From contig OX597818.1 of NCBI GenBank assembly GCA_951406725.2, forward strand, positions 14,074,001-14,138,000: a stretch of 64,000 nucleotides of DNA, given 5' to 3'. The notes under the pieces are model-generated. The model did no database searches. It was not told the origin of the DNA and worked only from the letters and a program-made list of their open reading frames with translations. Made by a program: the position numbers and the translations under genes. Shown one piece after another: positions 53,980 to 64,000 of this stretch (its first letter is position 1; each line of letters starts with the position of its first letter). The DNA is from Octopus vulgaris (Eukaryota).

Positions 53980-54756
53980 TAAGTGCGTCAAGAAAACGGC
54001 ACAAGCGGGAGGTGATAGTGTAATAGTGTTGGCCACGTTCAACAGCTTAGTTGTCGGTCCAATTGTTAAGATTGATGGTAGACTGAACAGCATCAGCCAT
54101 CTGCAATTAGTAAATGAAAATGTGATGCCATATTTAAATAATCAGCTGCCACCGGGATCTATTTTCCTGCAGGACAATTGCACTGTTCACAATGCTAGGA
54201 AAATTTTGCAATATTTTGAGCTCAATAATATGGTAGTTACTGAGTGGCCTCCGCAGAGCCCGGATCTGGATCCAATAGAAAATTTGTTGGAATTATGTTT
54301 CTAAAAGAGTTTATGCTAAAAAGAAAAAATTGTCTCAATTATATAATCTTATCGAAGAAATATGGAAGAACATTACAAGTGATTTTTGTGCTCATTTGTC
54401 GCACCCTGTCACCCGCTGTTGTAATTGAAAATAACGGCAATTTAACTAGATACTACAAGATACTTCTAAAACATTTCTGTTCGTAGATCATTTGTGCTGC
54501 AAATTTTCAATTTAAGCGAAATAATATTGGTACAGTCTTAAACATATTTTGCAGACAATTTTTAATAATTTAAATTAATTGCGCACTAAAATTATTCAAA
54601 TTGTAGATAGATATACAAAGCCGATATCATTCGAAAGAGAAAAAAAATATCTATATAAAGTGTAAAACGTAAAATAATTTCATACAGTTTTGTTAAAAAT
54701 AAATTAATGAAGGAATAGAACAGCCACCTTCGGTCTGAAACTTATTTCGACCAATG
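53980..54756 (+). mobile_element. Tc1 transposase C-terminal relic with 3' end
   Basis: FLQDNCTVH...EWPPQSPDLDPIENL; ends CTTATTTCGACCAATG-TA. Confidence 0.8.
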
Positions 54757-54896
54757 TATATATGTATACATATATACATTTATATATGTATATGTATATC
54801 AGACTGTGTATATGTATATATAAAACATTTTCATTGAATCCTCCGTATGGGTCTCCCAATGGCAAAGTAAACTTCATATAATCAAGGTATGAATAG

Positions 54897-54979
<83 letters not shown>

Positions 54980-55089
54980 AAATTGCTGAGTAAAGGTTCA
55001 AACATTGATAATTTACAGTCCATAACGGGCTACATACTTGCAAAGATGTTGAGACTTCACGCTGATTTCCTGACTGGTTAGGCGTAGGC

Positions 55090-55600
55090 AAATATCATTC
55101 TAAACAGATCAACTCACGATAACCTGCAAATCTATGCGATATCACAGTAAAGATGCTTAATGAAACAGGCACGTGTAGAAAGCTGATCAATTTAGATCAA
55201 TCGAAACTTTGTATATATAGAGGCAACCACTAATACTTGGTAGTTGTTAGTTTCATTTCCCTCTTTTGCTGAGGGATTCCGCAATGTACAGCGATATATT
55301 TTTCATTGTTAGGTGAACGGTGATCTACGGAAGCTTTCAGTATCATACCTTCAGTCAGATTGTACATTCTCGTCCGTTCTATACCTACTGGCTCTTAAGA
55401 GACTACAGCGGAAACTAGAAACATTTAGATGGATTCTGTGAGACACAGGTTATCGAAGACCTGTGCTAGCACAAGGGCACAACGTCACAGAAAATAATGC
55501 CAGATACATGGCACATCAAGTTTATCGACACGAACTACAATGTCATTACTGGAACATAACTCAACAAAGAAATATCAACAGGCTTTCTGGTTACTCCAGG
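55090..55600 (+). mobile_element. very degenerate L1/Tx1-like RT fragment
   Basis: LINLDQSK at ~55183, VNG at ~55313, LYLLAL..L.RKLE at ~55378. Confidence 0.45.
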
Positions 55601-56378
55601 GTTGTCAGGTTCCTGCTAACTGAGAGCTTGGTGTGACGCTGCACGTACAGACGAAAACACCAGTATACATACATGCATACATATGTACATGCTCATAAGT
55701 ATACATGCATATGAATATATCACAGAAATTGTCCCTTATTACTATATAATACAAATAAACTACAATTCGTATTGAATTGTTTACGAAGTAAAGAATAGCC
55801 ACCCTGCACAGTGCCGATGTAAGGTAAACAATCGCATTTTGAGTGTGTGTACATTTGAGAAGATAAAGCATTTGATTGAATGAGTGAGTGGGACAAAGTG
55901 GGAGATACAAATTCAACTATATGCATTGCGATATTTGTTTTCCTTTTGTAATTCTTTACTCAATTCTATAGCTTCCATGAGCTAAATCACTTTTAAACAC
56001 CTCATGTTTCTATTTATTTTTCTTATCTAATTTTATACTCTATACCACATGAAATCATTGTAAATCTTTAATTGTATTCATTTCATTAGGAAATTGCATT
56101 TCTTGCTTTACCTCTTGTAGTCCTCTATTGCTTAATGCAGATATCGTGTTACATTTCTTTGAACTCGTATCTAAATTAACTAAGTTTATGGCAAGTGACA
56201 CGCATGTTGAATAAATTAATCCATATTAATTCGTGTCAGGGACGATTGTTTCGCTCAAAGAAGGAATGCAGCCTTAAGAATGTTTACGACTAAAGCCTTT
56301 ACTTCTCTAATAATTGTAAACATTCTTCAATATTTAAAAAGAACTTTTGTAAATGGCATCCAAAGTTTATTTTCACTC

Positions 56379-56521
56379 AGCTTGTTAATCAATACCTTTA
56401 AAACTTTCAATTATACTCACCACTCTTGAACTGTAATAGAATATATTATGCATCATAAAATGACGTACCACAAAATAGTGAGATTTCACAAGATGAAATT
56501 CTTATTAAACGTCTTAATACA

Positions 56522-56555
<34 letters not shown>

Positions 56556-56594
56556 ATAATAATAATAATAATTATAATAATAATAATAATAATA

Positions 56595-56677
<83 letters not shown>

Positions 56678-56775
56678 TATTATTACTATTATTATTAAAA
56701 GTTTGACTTTTAATTTACATTTGTACAAGTTGGCTCTAAGTCTCACCCAAAGACCTCAAGAGACAAGTTGGAAGT

Positions 56776-56806
<31 letters not shown>

Positions 56807-56829
56807 TATTGTTATTATTATTATTATTG

Positions 56830-56879
<50 letters not shown>

Positions 56880-57022
56880 TGTATTAAGACGTTTAATATG
56901 AATCTCATCTAGTGAAATCTCACTATTTTGTGGCACGTCATTTTATGACGCATAACATATTCTATTACTCTTCAAAAGAGGTGATTGTAATTGAAAGTTT
57001 TAAAGGTATTGATTCACAGGCT
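56379..57022. repeat. long inverted repeat: ~146-bp unique arms plus (TA)n around a (TAA)n/(TTA)n spacer
   Basis: AATCAATACCTTTAAAACTTTCAATTA...CACAAAATAGTGAGATTTCAC...AAACGTCTTAATACATTCAT mirrored at 56876-57022 with scattered mismatches. Confidence 0.9.
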
Positions 57023-57040
57023 CAATGATAATAATAATAA

Positions 57041-57590
57041 ATGCCTTGATGCAATACCTGGCAGTGGTTCTCATCGCTTCTGATCTAAACTGATCTTAAC
57101 TGATTGGAAGTGTTATCATGTACATTGTTTTGTCTTGGTATAAACGATATGGCTACAGCAAATATTCTGCTCAATACCACAGATTTGTTTCACCTTAACC
57201 AGATGAGCATGTCCCTTAGTGGCTGATGATATGTGCATCTCTGATCACAAGGGAAGTAATGGGGGAGCATCATAGCCGTGTGTTGAGGGTCTGAATAAAT
57301 TCTTTGGGGTCTGAATAATTTACGTTAGGAAACATGGGGTTTTGTTCATCATCCTGAAACAACCCTTATTCAGGGACAACTTGAGCAGGGTGGGCTACGC
57401 GACCTGAAGAAAATTTCTACTGGGCTCCACCTGTAAGGTCATGCGCTGTTAATCTTGTTATGAGATCAACATGTCACGCACATATAGTTGTGATTCATGT
57501 GTCTGGTGTACCCTTATCAGACGGGTATACTGGGCTACATATATTTTGCCCCAGTATCACTTTGATGGCATGCACTGCTCTCTCACTCAA
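57041..57590 (+). mobile_element. ~550-bp non-coding interspersed repeat inserted in (TAA)n
   Basis: (TAA)n on both sides; partial copies at 5960-6295 (-) and 38624-38670 (-). Confidence 0.75.
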
Positions 57591-57592
57591 TC

Positions 57593-57664
<72 letters not shown>

Positions 57665-58684
57665 TGTATATATATATATACACATTAAGTACACAACATC
57701 ACCAACGAGTGAAATATACGTAACCACACGAGAGATAGTTACAGGACAAAATACCAAAAGGAGATAACTCACTCGTCAGTTATCGACTGTTTTACTACTT
57801 CCTATTTCGTCTTTTTAACGACAAGATAGGAAAACTTCATATCTTTTTCTGTGAATTAAGGCTGCCACTTGTTTTATGCTAAGAACATTTAAAAAGTAAC
57901 CTACAGTCTGAATTTTTAAGCCAAACACGTGGAGAAAAGTGTTCGTGTCCAGATACATACATACATGCATGCATGCATACATACATACATACATACATAC
58001 ATACATACATACATACATACATACATACATACATACATACATACATAAACTTTATTATTTAAAACAGTTTTATTCAGCAACGTTCAACTTAAAATTTCGT
58101 AGGCCTAGCTCGCCGGACTAAGTCAACTGAATGAAGATGATCCGAGAAGTCGAATATGACTACCAGAAACTGGGCTGCCATTGGTCAATGTGAGTCACAT
58201 GGTGCTGGTAGGGGTGGGGTCGACATTCCAAGGGCACCAGATGTATTAAAAACGAAAATTCCTAGGGCCAAGAGGGTGGGCAGGAAACTGGTGGAACCTT
58301 GATATCTGTCTGGGCTTGGGAGGGAATTGCAGGTGAGAGTTTGCTAGATGTATGAGTGCGAAGATGGAGGTGTCTGATGCCTGTGTGTTTGTATCTTCTC
58401 TGAGTGTGGGGGTGCGCATGTGTGCAAGCTGTCATGTGGGTGAGAGCTAATGGCATTAACTCGTCGCTGCGTGTTTGCGTGTTTGCTAGGGTGTGGGTAC
58501 TTATGGATGCAGGTACGTATCAGTCATGTGAGAAAATGCAGGTATATTTGTCGTATCAGCTTATCAGCTGCGTGTGTATGAGATTCATGGGTGCGTGCAC
58601 CAGGCGTGCACCAGGCGTGTGTGTGAGATGTGGTGGTGCGTTGGTGTTTGTCTGTCTGTCGGACTGCATGTACGTGTGTATGTA

Positions 58685-59631
58685 GGAGGGTTGTATGAAA
58701 AGTTTTGAGCCGAACCTAGAAAGAGGGCTGCTAGGTATCTGAAACAATTTTTTCTTTTAAGTACAGTCTATTCGGAGTATTCTTACCCATTTTCATGATT
58801 CTGATATTTTGATATTGTTTTGTTGCAGAATTTTGAATAAACAAGTGTCGAGGTTACAAGGAACATGGAGAAAACTGAGTATCGTGCTGTCATAAAGTAC
58901 TATCATGTGAAAGGCATGACTCCATCGGAAATCCATGAAGATGTGGTGACAACCTTAACAGACACTGCTTCTTCATATGCAACAGTCAAACACTGGGTAA
59001 ATGAATTCCAGCGTGACAGGGAGATTGTGGAAGATGATTCCGAACCAGGGAGACCTCCAACTGCAACCCCTGAGAACAACATTGACCTTGCTCTTGGTAT
59101 GTTAATGCAAGATCGTCAAATATCATGTCGTGAGATAGCGGAGAGACTGGGCATCTCAACTGAAAGAGCAGACAACATTGTGACAAAAGAACTTGGGTTC
59201 TCAATGGTTTCTGCAAGGTGGGCCCTTCGCCTTTTGACTCCTGTACAGAAAAGCACCAGGTGTACTTTGTCCACGATCAATCTGGAACTGTTTGAAGCCG
59301 ATGAAGAGAATTTTCTTGCTCGTTTCATTACTATGGACGAAAGTTGGGTTCATGACTACCAGCCTGAAACCAAAGAACAATCAAAGCATTGAAGGCACAC
59401 AACTTCAGCTGGTAAGTTCATGGCGTCAGTTTTGGGGGATTCTCAAGCAAGGTCATAGCGCCAGTTTTGGGGGATTCTCAAGCTGTTTTGCTGATCGATT
59501 ACCTTGAAAAGGGTCGCACCGTGACAGAGCTGTATTATTCTCAGTTACTGAATCGCCTCCGAGAAGCAATCAAAGAAAAGAGGCCGGGAATGCTTACCAG
59601 AGGAGTCATTTTTCAACACGACAATGCTCCA
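58685..59631 (+). mobile_element. mariner element, 3'-truncated transposase pseudogene
   Basis: TA-GGAGGGTTGTATGAAAAGTTT terminus; MEKTEYRAVIKY..PGRP..VSARW..FITMDESWVH, IDYLEKG, FQHDNAPA; followed by an inverted SINE head at 59632-59695. Confidence 0.9.
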
Positions 59632-60667
59632 GCCGGGATCCGAACTCACGACCTTACGATCATGAGCCGAATACACTAACCATTTAACCACGCGACTTGA
59701 CTTGTGTGCGAATACGTGTGCGTTATGCCAGCTGTATGCGCATGTGTGCTGTTCACATGTTAACGATGCATGCTTAGGTGTGTGTTCCTATGGATGATTG
59801 GTGAATGTAAGTATATTTTAATATTTATAGGTGTACGTATGAAAGTGTACATGTGTGTCTGGAAGAACATGTACGCGTACGTGCATGTATTTTCCTCTAG
59901 TATGTGGGAGGATGACAGATGTATGCTAATGTGGTTGCAATAACGTTGCTGGGGATGGGTAGGAATAGCATTGACTACTTGTTAAAGAATAATGTGTGTA
60001 TGCATGTGTGTGTGTGTGTGTATACAGTATAAAAATACCAGCTACTAATAATTACATGCACTGGAGGTGCAAGTAAACGCAGATTTTTGTAACATGGCTT
60101 GCCTTTCTCAGCAATCTATTCAATTTACTATTCAGAATGCTGGACCGAGAGAAATCACAAGAAAAATCACGAGCATTATAAATCACTAAATATGTATGTG
60201 CCGTGCATTTTAAACTATCTTAAAAGCCATAGATTGTAAAATTCATATATTCATCTGAAGAAAACGTCATTTTATATTATTATAATGTACTCCTTCAACT
60301 AAAAGATTCCTTAGAAACGGTTGTAATGAATTGACATCATGCCATCAATTGTTATTTATCTTAATTCACCTATCTCGGAACATGCTCCTCGCGTATTCTG
60401 GACTGTATATTTAATAAAATGCACATGACTGAATAGCTCAGGAGCGGATTATATACTAAGTTGGGTCCAAATAACTGCCTACATGACCAGACTATCATTC
60501 TGCCAGCAATACTGTACCAAGGTTGGTAGGTATTCATCTATAATTGTTGCGTGTGCATTTTATTCCGACCTAACTAGGTGTCTCACCTTTAAGTACATTA
60601 TTAATCTCATACACACACACATACACAGACACACACACGTATCTAAATCTGTGTAATATATTCACAC

Positions 60668-60772
<105 letters not shown>

Positions 60773-60829
60773 ACACACACATATATATATATATATCCTT
60801 GTATGGGATATATAATATTATACAACGAA

Positions 60830-62430
60830 GCAGAGGGATTATGATACTCAAAGCTCTACATCAAAGGATCATAAGAGACTGCTTACCAACCCGAAATGAC
60901 AATCGCCCAAATTTCTTTCTTTTATAAGTGAGACAGTTCACCTTCAGTCACTTGGGACATTGTCGATTTTCCACAACGCCTTTTAAAAATCTGTCTCACC
61001 TATCTTCTCCCCTTTTGAGAATTGAACTCTGCTCCGAATTTTGATATTTCTTACGCTTAGGGTTCATTTCCAGTGTTTCCGTTCTTTTCCTTTTTCTTGT
61101 GCTAGAACGTGTAGTTTCAAATTGTTTGGATGTTGATATCTCAAATGTGTCGTACAATACTTCGATAGGGATTTCATTTCTCGTGACTGTGTTTTTCTGT
61201 GAATCTTTTTTTAAGCTGGTTAATATGTCTTTTGTGTTCAACATGTTTTTCCTTTTACCAGGTATATATTTCTTCCAATCTGATTAATTATTACACCGTC
61301 CTCCCAGCTTTCTTTACCATATCAAATATGTTTTTCAAAAAAGCTTCGTTACCTAACTTGAAGAATTTTCAAGTATTTTTGTTGTTCGCCTTTTTTTCAT
61401 TTTCACAAGGTATCAGCTTATCAAAAACGGATGACATTTCTAGCAAAACTTAATTCTGCATGTGACACTCCTGAAGGTGTATTCGGGCTAGATGTTACCT
61501 GGTACGCTCTTAGAAACTCTTGGAGTGCAATATTGTCCATAACTTCACTGTTCGCCTTTTTCAACGCCCTCTTGAAAGTGTCAACAAATCGTTCTGCTTG
61601 TCCATTTGACTTTGGATGATAGGGCGGGGTGGTGACATGTACGATGATAAACAGTTTGCAATATCTTCTGAGCTCATCTGACATGAATTGAGTTCTATTA
61701 TCAGACACAATGGCATACGGAATACTGTACCAAGCGAACAATTCGTGTAAAAATTTTATTATAACCGCAGATGTCTACTTTTTACATTTATGCTCTTCCG
61801 GCCACTTCGAAAAAGAGTCAATCACATTAAGGTAATATGAACCCTTAAGTGAGCTTGCGTAATCAACATGCAGTCTAGCCCATGGAACACCTGTTTTTGG
61901 CCACGATAGCCATTTTGTGGGAGGCACTTTTGCAGCTAAAGTAACTCCCTCTGCATGCTTTCACAGATTCTTCAAAGTCACGGTCCATGGTTGGCCAGTA
62001 TACATAACTTCTCATTAACGACTGCACTCACGATTTGACTATAATTTTTCTCTCCTGTTATCAGAGAACACGAGGTATGGACAATCGCCTTTATGTAACT
62101 CTCTTCATATTTATGTAGCATTAATGCTCCACTGCCATACTCAAAAGCGTCTGAAGCTACAACAATCTCCGCTGCACAATCGAAGCTTGCTGATGACAAA
62201 TCAGATATTAGTAAGTTTTTTTTTATTTCGTCAAACGTTTTTTGAAAATTTTCCGACCAATTCCATTTTATATTTTTTTTCAGCAGATTATTCAATGGAA
62301 CTCTCACCTTATGCATATTTGGAATATTATTTTGGTAATAACTTGCCAATCCTAAAAATGCGTAAAAGGTCGCTATGTTTGTCGGAGAGGACCTATACTT
62401 AATTGTATCTGCTCGCGAAGGGTCTGGTTG
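60830..62430 (-). mobile_element. Ty3/Gypsy LTR retrotransposon pol relic (RT thumb, RNase H, integrase)
   Basis: FLGLASYY..PLNNLLKK..VVASDAFEYGSGA..EKNYSQI; MRSYVYWPTMD; PWARLHVDYA..IDSFSKWPE; VSDNRTQF..PYHPKSNGQAERFV; purine tract AAAAGGGGAGAAG near 61015. Confidence 0.9.
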
Positions 62431-63650
62431 ATGTAAATCATCGAATACTATCACAACACCTAAAGGGTCTATATTACCTCCGAACAGTTCTTTTAGTTTA
62501 CTATATCTTTCGTTATCGATTATTATTCCTTTGATGTGTTCTGGATATTTCTCTGGTGGAAACTTAACTTTCATGATAGATTTGTATTTTGTGATCTTCC
62601 GTTCATTTGCAAGTACTCTTGACGTATGTGAACATATGCCACTTGTTCTTTCACTTTTTTACATTTGTTTGTTTCAGCGATGGACCCGGGATGTCCGAGC
62701 GAGTCATTCCTCTTCGTTTCTCTGTTGGTGCGCTCAAAACATCCTCAACGTCTATGTCCTCCACTACGTGTCGCAATGATGTTTCTGCTTCCACGTTACC
62801 TTCGATTGTTGGTACTGCTGGTGCATCGAACCAGTTCCTTGTCTCCTCCACCTCTGTCTCCTTCATTCATTTCTGTCACTCTGGTGGAGAGCTCACATCC
62901 TCTTTCTTTTTCCTCCTATTCACGACAGTGAATGGTTCTTCTTTGTCTTTCTCGCCTTCCGGTACTGCCACTTCGCCACTCTGTCCTGCACACTGTTGCT
63001 ACTGCTCATCTACTTTTTCTTTCTAGGACACCTTGCTTTCATGTGCCCGTTTTGATCATATAAGAAACATGTTGGTGGTCTCCCTTCCACCACCACTCTT
63101 AGCCTAACGTCTTCCGGTAGAATAATTTCCTCTGATCTCATACAAGTCTTTGAGGCTCACTTGTATGGTTATCTCGAGGTCATACTCCCACCAATTAAGC
63201 TTTTTGGTTCTAGTAATCTTCAATATTTTAGCTTTATCTTTCATCCTGTACATGACCGCTGCCACCAGCCATGCTTCCTTAATCTTGGGGGATACTCTGC
63301 CGATTCTTACTCTGGTGACGCGTTTCCCACAGTAAGTCGGCAGAAGTACCCATTCCTGTATCCTTATCATCACAGTAGAGTGGTTTATTGTGTCCTCTTC
63401 GTTTTCAAATCTTACATCCACTGTGCGGTACTTACTTCCGAGCGTATAAAAGGTGTTAACCTTCTTTATGTCTTCGAGGTATTTCTCTATTGCTTCAATT
63501 GTTGCAATCTCTATCTCTTTAGAAGACGTGGATAGCGTTCTGTATACCACTGTCCTCTTCGCCACATCATTAGTAAATCCCTCCGGTGGGTTCAGCCTCA
63601 AACTGGCTTCTTTTCTATCAATTTACTGCCTTCTTTCCATGTTTTGGGCT
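62430..63650 (-). mobile_element. non-LTR (L1/Tx1-like) ORF1/gag relic
   Basis: RRM-like TVDVRF..PTYCGKRVTRVRIG; zinc knuckle VVVEGRPPTCFLYDQNGHMKARCP (second Cys mutated) at ~63025-63095; stops and frameshifts. Confidence 0.6.
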
Positions 63651-64000
63651 CTATCTTAATTTATCATACTTCCGGGGTGTTGATAGTCAATCCTTTTATC
63701 GCAGCAGATACATAACTTCCGGCTGGTTCATGCTCAATCTCTCCTCACGTCCATAAATGGGGAAGAAAACAAATATAAAAACAGGCAAAAATAGCGACAG
63801 CAATTCAAAATTCAACAGATCCTAGGTTCACCCATATGAGGAGACATTCAAACAAGTATAACAAACAAACGACTTACTTCAGAACCGCAAGTGATTTAAC
63901 GAAAGATTTTTACCAACACGAACTGCCAATCACTCACAGTACTTTGTTTTGTAACAACGAGACAGTCCACCATCAGTCACTTGGTGGGTGGTCGGAATCC

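Noticed and set aside
59632-59695. tRNA gene
   Set aside because: Only degenerate A/B-box-like SINE head; no complete cloverleaf

Overview
AT-rich eukaryotic non-coding DNA packed with microsatellites ((TA)n, (CA)n, (TAA)n, (TACA)n) and transposon relics. The repeat inventory suggests an Octopus-like cephalopod genome; that is inference, not proven. I found no recognisable intact host gene, and most ORFs in the track are microsatellite artefacts. Supported content: (1) several Penelope-like retroelements (PLEs; RT plus C-terminal GIY-YIG, Neptune-like), including a near-complete copy with a ~1.05 kb tandem pseudo-LTR at 22846-28405; (2) a CR1-group LINE, Dong/R4-type REL LINEs sitting in (TAA)n, a Gypsy pol relic and L1/Tx1-like relics; (3) mariner/Tc1 relics, a mariner MITE, a Chapaev3-like transposon and non-autonomous Helitrons; (4) about three tRNA-type SINE families. 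The most notable hidden layer is RNA structure. There are about 11 minimal type I hammerhead-ribozyme motifs in PLE termini, including a family of ~200-bp non-coding ribozyme cassettes with one fixed 3' end fused to (TA)n and a non-canonical CUGUUGA core in both pseudo-LTRs of the youngest element. There are also several fold-back palindromes and a ~550-bp non-coding element that inserts into (TAA)n with the same strand polarity as Dong/R4. Family names come from motif recognition by eye; no database search was run.
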